64,000 bases of DNA from Trichoplax adhaerens. Its lineage: Eukaryota; Animalia; Placozoa. The notes under the pieces were generated by a model. It saw only the letters and a program-made list of their open reading frames with translations. It ran no database searches and was not told where the DNA came from. Made by a program: the position numbers and the translations under genes. The stretch spans positions 289,212 through 353,211 of the forward strand of contig NW_002060971.1 of NCBI RefSeq assembly GCF_000150275.1, given 5' to 3'. Shown piece by piece: positions 53,384 to 64,000 of the stretch (the stretch's first letter is position 1; each line of letters starts with the position of its first letter).

Positions 53384-53604
53384 CATTTCACTTATGCATA
53401 AAAATCTCTAGTATTTAGCTCAAGTTGCCTTGTGCGTTCTTAAATATATCTACAATAGTTTGGGAGTCGTTTTGTTTCTAATTTAAATATGCTTAAATCA
53501 TACGTAAATTGAGAATTATATTTGCAAGACTAGAGTAGCTGTGTTCAAGAACGCAGAGAGCAGCTTGAGCTAAGTACTGGAGCATTTTGTGGACAAATGG
53601 AATG
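53384..53604. repeat. Long imperfect inverted repeat (fold-back, ~105-nt arms, loop ~53492-53498); MITE-like or hairpin RNA
   Basis: Left arm AAAATCTCTAGTATTTAGCTCAAGTTGCCTTGTGCGTTCTTAAATATATCTAC aligns to the reverse complement of the right arm, AAAATGCTCCAGTACTTAGCTCAAGCTGCTCTCTGCGTTCTTGAACACAGCTAC. Confidence 0.85.
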
Positions 53605-54923
53605 GACTGTTGTATGCATGAATATCAATGCTTGGCCCCCGTCTACGTCGAATAAATCGCTCGTACTTGGGTTAGAAAAGACGTATAGAAGTCCCCTTCT
53701 GTCTCATCCACATCGTCTATTTGCACTATATGCTACCCCAAATCTATTTGAAATATGGCTTTGTTAATTAAACAGGGAAATTAGAAATAAAAGTTAATTT
53801 GGAGCAGAATAGCGCAGATGAATACGAGTATCTACAAGGTCAAAGTACAACAAAATTCTGCTAAACTCTTTCTTATCCTCCGGACGTGTAGACATCAACA
53901 TCTGTTTCCTGCCGGATATAACAGTACCTCTACTTTAGTTCATAGCTTTTGCCTCAGGGTATAAAAAAATTCTTTATAATCTATTACCAGGTAATATTCG
54001 TCTATACAAAGAACAGAATGGGACTTTCGTGTGGACTCAAATATCGAAATCTAGTAACAAATTTCACCTGATATCACCCTAAATAAATTCCGGTTAATAA
54101 AGAATTAGAGACTCGCATTTCCAGATGCTATCGTTATGTATGAAGGTATAGTGAAGTCAATTCTTAAGGGTCTACAATAAATCTGGCTAACTGGATTGAA
54201 AACCTGAATTAAGCTTTATTACAATAAAATCAACCGTAACTGTATTTACAACAAACTGTTAACAAGAAGAACTCCCGATCTACTCGTTGCATACGTTTAT
54301 AAATCCTAGCGCATAACTCATTTAGTAATGGTAGTAACATTATCACGCTTCCAAACGCTCAGCATGGGCATTGAATTACCATATTTCACCTAGGCACGAC
54401 CAACTAATCGTATTAAACTACGCAAGTATTATATCCTACTTTAGCACATATTAGTAATTCCATATTTAGATAAGAATACAACTCAAGTCCAAAATTTACG
54501 ACACTATCCTAAGAAATCTCTTTGAAGTGGGATAAAAATTTCCTGATAGGCAACTGATTGAAAATTCAATCGTTAGACGGTTACTCTTCTATCATCCGTC
54601 CTTCAGATAGTATTACGAACAATCCGTAAACATTTAATGATCAATCCAATCAAGTTATTAAAAGTAGGATAACACTGATGTTCAATAATACTCTATTTTG
54701 TCATGACAACAGCAAAGGCCATCTTCTAATTATAGTTATTTATACGGATCTATAAATAATCCTACTCCATAATCTAATTTATATTTCCTTCATCATTTTG
54801 TTTTATGATCGTACAGTAGTATCAATGCGAGTACAATCTAAACTATAGTATATAAGCCATAACGATTTTTTTCAAAGTATGAAACGAAAAAATTTAGCCA
54901 ATGTCAGAGATTAAGTTGGTGTA

Positions 54924-57900
54924 TTAAGTATCAAGTTCCCTGGCATACATTTTTAAATGACTTGAAATGCTTTTAAGAATTTCAGGTGTTTTAGCTATGA
55001 CTTTTAAAAATTCTGCAGCACCATTCCTTGCCAAATAATCTATAGTTTCATCTGGGCAGTAAGATAGTAAATTGCAAAGTGCTCGTTCCGCTTGACAACT
55101 AATTTTCTCGTTTTCCGACTGTAAAGACCAATAAGAAAATAAGTTAAGGGTTATTCATTTAGTCAACAGTAAATTAATCCATATATCAACACTTGAATAG
55201 ACACTAGACATGCTAAATAAAAAAATCATTCATAAGTCTACCATTAAAGATATTTTACAATTTTTTAGTACAGTAATACATATATATATATATACAATTG
55301 ATGGATATTAGACATGCAAAATGGAAAAATTCATTCGAACGCCTGCCGTAAATGATATTTTACAATCTTTTTCAGTAAATTGATATACTGTACATGCCAA
55401 CACATCAAATGGCCGTTAGATATGCGAAACAAAAAAATATCGTCCAAAAGTGTACCTATAAGTGATATTTTATAATTTTTTCGGTCATTTAATATACGTG
55501 TCAACAATTAAATGGACGTTAGACATGCAAATTCAAAAAATCTTTCAAACATCTACCTCTAAATGATATTTTATAATTTTTCAATAAATTAATATATCGA
55601 TATATATCACGTATCAACAAATTAAGTGGATGTTAGATATGCTAAATAAGAACAGTATCATCCATAAATTTATCTATAGATGACATTTTATGATTTTTCA
55701 GTAATCTAATATATCGCATGTCAACAATTGAATAGATGTTAAACATGCAAAATAAAAAAATGTCATCTATAAATTTACCTATAAATGATATTTATAATTA
55801 TTTTTTCGTATAAATTACTTTAAATATTCAACAGCTCTATGCATATGAGACATGCAGAATAAGACATTCTTTCGTACGCAAGTTTACCTTTAAATGATAT
55901 TTTATAATTTTTTCAAGATCTTTAACCTGTAATCAAGTATCGAATAGAATATTGGAGATTAGACTAATTGAGTAGGGTAAATTGATCGATAGTCCTTACC
56001 AAGGCTTTAGCAGCGTTTTCGTATCGAGTAGTATTGGCAATGCATCTCGCTATTTGATACTATGCAGCAACATTAGAAAAACGATGGAGATTATTTTTTA
56101 ATTTTATTTACTGTATCAAGAAGATACTTGACATAATAATTATTACAAACAACGGATCTTACCTCAACATCTTCACATTGACCATAATCAAGTATTAAAT
56201 CGGTTAGGATAGCCAAATAATCAATTAGGCAAGCCTATAAGTCAATTGGTGCAAAGAACAACGTAGTAATACTGCTATGTTATAGAGTAATGATAGGTAA
56301 GCATCTGATTTGTTTCAATATTAAAATCAGACGACATGTTTTACAATAGTGAGGTATAGTAGGAATATTTTACCTGATCTTGCTGACTGCATGCCAAATT
56401 GGCTAAAAGACAAACTGCATTTCTCATGACCTGAGAAATAAATGATATTGATCCGTTATATTGGTTGTTAATGGTAAAAATTAGCACGATTTAAACCGAC
56501 GATAGAATTATCACAACGATGAGACATTGTCTGACTAGATATTGACATTTTCTACCTGTTCACTGCCTTGATTGCACCCGTTATTGCCATATATTCATGT
56601 AAAGGCGGATAAGTAGCCAAAGTATGAATAGCACTCAATAAACATTTTCGAATTTCTATATTATCTATCATTGCTAATTGAACTATCGCTTGCATGCCAC
56701 CAAATTGGATCGCCTAAAATAAGGATAGGATAGTTAATTATACAGTACTATCTGTCCATCATTAATGGGTTCTTGCTTTCAGGGATAAAATAATAAACGT
56801 AATTGACTCACTTTCCTAATTCCATCACTTGTTTGCAACATATCATTTATTTCTAGTGCTGCTATGTGCTGCTCACTCTAGGAAAAGAAATAACATTAAA
56901 ATGGTAGGTAAGCAGCTTACAACCATGCCTACCCAAAGGTAATACGGCTAAACAGAATAGTATAGAAGTCTAATACTATTTCAAGAAATCTTACAGGCTG
57001 TGATGAAATTGACTGAGCAACTAAGACTGCTATAGGTTTGCACGAATCACAAACTCTTTCGGATTCCATCAAGTTATACTGTGGTAGGATAATCTAGTAA
57101 TAAACGTGAAATATCATTCTTAAGTAAATCTAATAAACTAGCAACTTCTAGAGTATATCTTCCTTCAAGTTCCTTTTGAACCGTTAGGCTATATCTTACT
57201 TTATCCTTGCAACATTTGTTGCAAAATACATCTCCACATTGCCTACAGTGGTGCTTCCGCCGCAATTGATTAAATTTACTGTCGCACAATCGGCATGACT
57301 GAACATCATAATCGGCTACCCACCTACAGCATAAGAGAAGATGAAATTTGATGATATCCATGATTGCTTAGATATACTATTATACATGGCCATGGTATGT
57401 GTCAATAGGAACAACCTAGGGAAGAAAAGATGATTAAACTACAAACAACTGGCAGCTACTGTTGTACTATCTCTCGCTAATGAAATATCCTTTCTAGGAG
57501 AGGGTAACAAAACAATTACTAAATTCTGTAAGATTATCATGCCTACAAAATATCAGATGTCATTTTTAACTCGTGGAAGTATATTTGCTACAGGTTATGA
57601 ATAATTTGATCAATAAAATGATGGGGTTGCTGTTGTTTTTAAATATGACATCCAGGGATTCGATTTTTAGATAGAGCAATATAATCTTTTGTAAATCTAT
57701 TTTCGTCCAATTTCCAGATACAACTTGTAGATTAACCAAGTCTTAGTGCACTAATTTCACCATTATTCCATACAGGAATGAATATCCTTCAACGTTTAAT
57801 TGCTACTCATGTATAGGACATTATAAAGGCTCTAAATTTAAGTAAACGATGAATAGTCAAAAATAGATACCTTGATTTCGTCAGACGAAAAGGTACAGAG

Positions 57901-57965
57901 GAGAAACAATTTTTTCGACCTTCCACCTTGGCCAGGCAAATATCAACTCCATCGATACGAAGCAT
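54924..57965 (-). CDS. FYVE zinc finger + armadillo-repeat protein, ~10 exons
   Basis: ATG at 57965: MLRIDGVDICLAKVEGRKNCFSSVPFRLTKSR|WVADYDVQSCRLCDSKFNQLRRKHHCRQCGDVFCNKCCKDK|IILPQYNLMESERVCDSC. The FYVE signatures WxxD, RKHHCR and RVC are all present. ARM-like helices follow (GGMQAIVQL...LLSAIHTLA; RNAVCLLANLA; QIARCIANT; QAERALCNL). TAA at 54926-54924. One junction is phase-ambiguous. Confidence 0.85.
55190..55920 (-). repeat. Degenerate tandem array (period ~102-117 nt, ~7 units) derived from the end of exon 55926-55888 plus its downstream intron
   Basis: Plus-strand TACCT.TAAATGATATTTTATAATTTTT-like blocks near 55240, 55344, 55453, 55554, 55671, 55776 and 55886 (the real exon end), each preceded by a TAGACATGC(A/T)AA-like block. 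Confidence 0.88.
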
Positions 57966-59918
57966 GATTAACGTCGTTTATAGGTATCCTTTCCAAAAAA
58001 TTGTTTACTCCCACACTGTATCATTGATATTGGCTTCAATTTCCCTACTAGAATTAGGGGATATCTGTATATCGTATTCCCTGAACTACTGAAATTATAT
58101 CGACGAATCGATCGATGATAAATTAAATTACAGTAATCAATGCCGGATGTGCTAAATATGTCGAATATCGGACAAGGTAAATTATATAGTCTTCAAATTC
58201 AATATTGGTCTATATAAAGAAGAAGAATATTATCGGTTGTAACTTATTTTAATCAACTGGGTAATCGTTGTGTCTCCACTCATCAACTTTGCAATGAGGT
58301 ACAATTAGATTAGAAGAATTGACTACTTCCACTCTTCCGCGAGGATTATCTTACTGTGCTTAATGATGATATAGTTTACTTAGTTATGCCGCTATTGCGT
58401 TATAGTTACATGGTGTAAAAGCACTCCTGCATCTCGTCACAAAACGTAGTCAAGAGCTCTATTTAATCCTCATGATGAAGAAAAATTTTCCGATTGCTAG
58501 CCATGCTGGGACTAATTAACTGTAAACAAACAAGTAGGAGGTGCCAGTAGTATCGATGCTCGATTACTGAGTCACCCGATGCTGTCAATATATTTGTATG
58601 AGAAATTGGGTAGAGAGTATTTTGACCAGGTCGACTTATGCCAGTTTAGGATTACTCTTTCATCTGTAATTATACTAATGATAGAATGTCTAAGAGATTG
58701 ATTGATTTATATACTGTATAAAATCGCAGATTAACTACTCAGGCAGCTTCTATAGTTGGCATCGATTTCAGATATTTGAGAAAGTCGAGGGAGTAACGTT
58801 ATGGAATACTGTGGATAGACGACGATACGATCAAGGATTGCGAGTTGGAATATTTGAGGCAGAAAATCGAAATCTTCAATCATAGAAAATCACCTGGAGA
58901 GTTTTATGTATAGGTCGAGCCATGTTAGTCTATAATAACTACTTTACCTGTAATTATATTGTATCTAGTAAATTAAATGAATATAAATCGCATGATACAT
59001 ACGGTGCAGGATTGGAGACCAACTACATAAACATTTTAATATTTGGTACTGTTACAAATCTAAGTTTGTAGCTAGGAAAATTATTAAAGCTACTACAGAA
59101 ACTATAGTACGATAAATCTACTGTCAGGTTTGTCTTTCCTGACATTTATCAACAGTACACTCTAAATACTGGCGATCTCGTATCACCAAGAGGAACAGTA
59201 ATACCACCAGTCTCTCTTTTAACAAATCTGAATCCAAACTTTATTGAAAAAAATTAATCAGTTTATGGTAATAAGTCAACATAAACATATGAGTTATCAT
59301 TTCATAGATAATAGTATAAAAATATCCACTTATCCATTAAAGTCATGCAAAACGTTATAGATAAATTAATATTAACATATTCCCAGATAAGTAATCCTAG
59401 GGAAACTATGTTACAGCAGCTATGCAAATGTTACTTCTCAACAAGCGTACATTTTGGATACTTGACAAAGTTTAGAGGGTAATGCTGTTAATAAACAGTT
59501 AGGTAATGCTCACTAAGGACTATAAGGTGAAATATTAGAAGCAATAATTCAAATTATCAATTAGCTCTTGATTAACTAAATGTTTGTCATAGATTGAAGC
59601 AAGAAACTTTACATAGTGTACGCTGGCTCAAGTCTGCTTTATTTGAATGTTCATCTTTAGCTACTAAAAAAACAGTTACAAGTTAAGGCCATTTTAAGCT
59701 GAAAAATAGCGTAAAGTAGAGACTCCATACGATGGGACATACTGTCGTATAAATAAACGATCATAAACATGTCTCATCACTATACAAACAATAATCATCC
59801 AGTATAGCTTGAAACGATGCAATTTAAATCTAAACATGCAACTAATACAGAGTGATTACGGTATATAATTGAAGCTATTAGCCACTAATATATCAAGTAC
59901 TAGTAGGTAATCTCACCT

Positions 59919-60880
59919 CTATATTGTTTCGGATTCAATATCTATGTCAATTTCTGTGTTAGCAGCTGTTACCCCTTGCCTGGTCTCATGATTGATATTA
60001 CGGATTAATGATCTACCCGTCTTTTGTCTGACTTTAAATTATCAAGGCTCCTTAAATTACCGTATCTTTGAGAATTTTTTGTTTTCCCTGAAACTAGACT
60101 TCCCTTTACACAAAATTGATGCAGATAAAAGCTTACTATCGTATGCAATTCTATCTACGGTATTATCATACCATGACAAGTCATATATATACAAGTATTG
60201 CAGTGCTATAACTAACATACTTACGAACGTTACAATTTCAAACAACATATTAGATAACTTACTGTATGCTATGAGACATCGTAATATCAAATTGATTACC
60301 TCAGTTATTCTATAGATGAAATAGCCACCATAAAACTTTGATAAATTTTAAATATGCTTATATGTTTGCAAATGCAGCCTGGATGATACCTTTCTACTTT
60401 AATTAATAATGGTTACAATCGAGTCTTTAATGAACGACATATTTTAACCCTTGCTTTAAACATCATTTAACTAGTGTAAGACAGAAAATATGTTCATTAA
60501 TGCTTCCGGAAACGAGTACATTTAAAGAAAGTGTATAAAATATAAAGTATTACTTGTATTTGTAAGCTATTATGATGTATCTTATTATCAGCACAATGAT
60601 GATTGCGAATAAGTTCAGCCAGATGATTTGTATTATTTCATCCCTTTAAATACAGTGGCACACTGGTTGGATTATAAATTAATAACCACGTATCAATGAT
60701 CTCGTGATTTAGAAAGCTTTATAATTTAGCAGCCTTAATAGGCCAGATAGTTTGAGAATAAATCTTGTTCTAGTATAAGCATAAATTTGTAACAGCTGTG
60801 ATCGCATAGCATTGATAAAATGGATCGAGTATAAAATCATGCACATTGATGCTGGTAATGTCATAACCTTCACAAACGTC
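59919..60880 (-). CDS. Possible 3' exons of an unidentified membrane protein (tentative)
   Basis: Phase-compatible AG/GT-bounded segments: 60643-60554 (DEIIQIIWLNLFAIIIVLIIRYIIIAYKYK) joins 60027-59919 (QKTGRSLIRNINHETRQGVTAANTEIDIDIESETI*). No family recognised, and AT-rich DNA easily yields hydrophobic translations. Confidence 0.25.
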
Positions 60881-63800
60881 TGTTTTTTAAGCAATTAGTA
60901 GTGTGTATAGACTTTAGTAGCCGTACATAAGGCCTTTATTTAGAACATTATGTAGTAAAATATTTTATACTGATAGGTAAAATAAAGCCGTTTTGTGACC
61001 GAAATGAAATATTTCTATAATAGTATTATTAGTATTAAATTATGTGAAAGATCTGAAAGGTATATTAAAAAAAATTTCTTCATCTTAAACAAAGAAAGGT
61101 CTTAGGGGCATAGAATTTAAAAATATTTAGAAATCTTCTTGGAAACTTAATATACTCAGTATTTTATAAAATATCTAGAATAAACTCTAGTATATTTTAA
61201 TTATGTTTCTATATTTAAGATGGCAGGAATTTACTTTAATAGGAGAGTAAACTGACACCATTTTAGGTATAACCATTGTAACTGATCCTGTTGTATTCTG
61301 GAAGATTAAAAAAATGAATAAAATAATACTTTAGTCAATCCAAACATGAACTGAAATACTCATATATTGTTAATAGTTCAAATTCGGATAATTTAAATTA
61401 TCAGCAATGCAGTCTGCTGTTTCATAAACTTTCGTCAAAGCTACGTATATGTGAATTCGAATAACTGTAATGCTATAGTATTGCAATATTAAAAGCTTAC
61501 TGGTAATTTTTACAATATTAATTCCTAAAGGACTTCGAAGAATGATGATCATCAGATTGATTTATTCGTAATTATCGTGGAGTAGTGATTTAAAAATGCA
61601 TAAAATTATTGCAGCATAATACTGTGCTTAATATTATTACCACTATTAATGTGAACTTTAAGCTATTTGCTTCAAATCTATGTAGTAGAACAATACATAT
61701 AGTTTAAAGAGTAAACTTTTTCTATAAATATATAAGCATGTTGAGCTTCGTAAAGGTATTCTAAAGGTGTTACTGCATGACTTATATCTATAGAATTTAA
61801 ATAAATATATTTCAATTTAAAAATATCTACAAACAAGGTATTATTCAAAATTGATGTAATAGAACTATAGTATAAATATGATGTACTGGAATGTGTGTCT
61901 ATTTCTTTTCGGTCATGGCATTATTCACTAACCTATGTGCAAATGAGATAAATACTTCTAAGATTGTAATATAGGAAAAAGTTCACTAGCAGCACAGAAA
62001 TTATGCCACGTGCATTAAAATAAAATTGCTATATTATAACTAATTCATGAATATAGCTAGTAAAAAAAACAACAGCCGTATTCTGTAACTGTTGTTTTAA
62101 AAAAATTAAACGAATTCGAATAAATTGTATACAATATTACTTGCCAACAAAAGTAAGATTATAGGAATTTATTTAAATTGTACTGATGACGCATCAAAAT
62201 TTAAATTGGTCCGTATTTACGAAATTACAATAATTTTACGTAAGTAACTGTTGAAAAGAGTTATTGATACTTAAATTCCTATAAATATGAAGAATAAAAA
62301 ATTGTATCTTCATTTTTTGTCTGCAGCAAATAATTTCAATTTTATTCTTTTGCTTTAATCATTCTCTGTGAATAAACACTTGTTCAATCTCGGAAAGAAG
62401 AAAAAAATTAGAAAACGAAAGTGTATGCTTTATATAGGGCTATCAATAGTTCTTGCCAGCACTAGCAGTTAGTTACTCTTGTCAGCCAGTATAACAATGC
62501 TTTTATCCCAACTAAGAAAGATTTCTGTACTTTGTCTTTGGGTTGAATTAAAATCGACATAAAAATGAGTAGCCTGCAGGGCTATGAGAAGCAAGCTTTC
62601 CTAAAGTCATTTAATACAGTACAATATCACCGTATAAATTTAGCTGTTAAGAACAATAATGTCTTTGACTAATGCTAATCCATCCATCCATCATATTGAT
62701 AAATTTTAATAAATAACGCGAGGTAATTTAAATTTATTATTATTGCTACTTTATTAGTTTATTTCTATGCCTACGGCCATCTCGTATATTCGTAATCGCA
62801 ATGGTGTTCAATTTAATAAATAGTATAGTGTTGAGTATTTTCGTGGGGAAGTCTACGATTCAGATATATGACATATAGTATAATTAAAAAAAATGAAGAC
62901 TGCAGCGAATGCATGTTCTATTGCCTTTATCAGATCATTATAGTCAAGACATAATGAAATGAAATAATATTAGGAAATAAAGCATTAAAATTCAGCACTA
63001 TTTTATTGAGAATTTTACAGCAGTTGTGATGTTGTGAAAAGTCAGATAATGCCTATTCTTTTTTACAGTAAAATAACAATCACGCCACAGTGCTGTTCTG
63101 AATTGCATGCCAATGATATTTAGAATTATGTCCTACTGACGACTATTGTTTAGCCAGAGTAAGGATAATAAAGATCTACTAATGAACTGTTTGGATGACT
63201 AGACATCGCTAATCGTATTCTGTATTCTATCAGAGTAGCTTAAATCTTCAAAACATCATACTCTAATTGTAGTGGAATTAGCATATTGGTATTAATTTCC
63301 ATCTATTATTTCCTATACTTTGATAGACTGTAGCTCGAAATAGTCAATAATACTGGACATTAATGCTTTGGCTTTGATACAAATAACATTTCATAATTCT
63401 GACAAGCCTATCCCTATTTTCTCCACTAACTTTACTCTCAAACGTTGGCTACATAATATTAAAATGCAAAACTTTTGCTGGTTGATAATCGTAATTAGAG
63501 GCAGATTTAGATCTGTTAGTAATACTATATGATCAATTTTACTGCTTAATCCAATTCATCGAAGCTAGCAATCATAAAATGAGTTTGTATTGATCATGGT
63601 CAATTCAGTGGCAGAGAATTGATCTATATTATATAATTTCATGTTAGTTTCTTTTTTAGTCAATAAAAAACATTTAAAAATAATTACTTTATCTTGAGGA
63701 TGTTGATAATGTATTAACATGCCTACAGTATAAAATATGGAAAAGTCAATACGTTTGGATTGCTCATATCAACTATCCTATAAGATTTTGTTTAAATCAT

Positions 63801-64000
63801 TGAAAAGGTAAAGCATCTTTATTTCCGTATAGTCGCTTCTTTACGCTAATTTTCTTTTTTGCCATCGGCCTAAAGCGTGGAACCGGTTAAAAAATTATGA
63901 AGAAAAAGGGAAAAAATGTCGTTCTACATCAGTAATCAAGTTGATTTATTGTTAATAACAGTAGGGGGAACAATATCGTGCAATGAGAAAAAATAGCCAT

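Noticed and set aside
57385-57414. 30-nt in-frame cassette exon candidate in FYVE gene intron 1
   Set aside because: It would leave a ~60-nt downstream intron, shorter than others here, and would interrupt the otherwise good KSR-WVAD junction.
57485-57992. Perfect U12 donor words ATATCCTTT (57485) and GTATCCTTT (57984)
   Set aside because: They are on the plus strand, antisense to the FYVE gene, with no plus-strand exons evident. Likely chance.
61300-64000. Very AT-rich terminal region examined for genes, RNAs or elements
   Set aside because: No consistent exon chain, repeat or RNA-gene motif could be supported.

Overview
AT-rich, compact eukaryotic genomic DNA with many ~70-130 nt GT-AG introns. 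The style suggests a small-genome early-branching animal such as the placozoan Trichoplax (inference, not verified). Almost all ORF-track entries are exon fragments or spurious. Manual splicing supports five multi-exon genes: a K+-dependent Na+/Ca2+ exchanger (SLC24/NCKX, +, first exon not found), an MRCK/CDC42BP kinase (+), SART1/Snu66 (-), NUP160 (+, head-to-head with SART1) and an acylphosphatase (-). It also supports a FYVE + armadillo-repeat protein gene (-) and, weakly, a membrane-protein gene near 60 kb. Most notable: (1) a recurring GTACAGT/ACTGTAC palindromic element with GACGGAC motifs at three putative promoters; (2) an intronic tandem array of decayed copies of the adjacent coding exon end and its splice donor; (3) an MRCK that lacks the C1 domain; (4) a probable U12-type intron in NUP160; (5) an acylphosphatase with a hydrophobic N-terminal extension and a 17-nt catalytic microexon; (6) a ~220-nt G:U-rich fold-back. 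No tRNA, rRNA, CRISPR array or transposase ORF was recognised. I found no multi-gene novel system that I can support.
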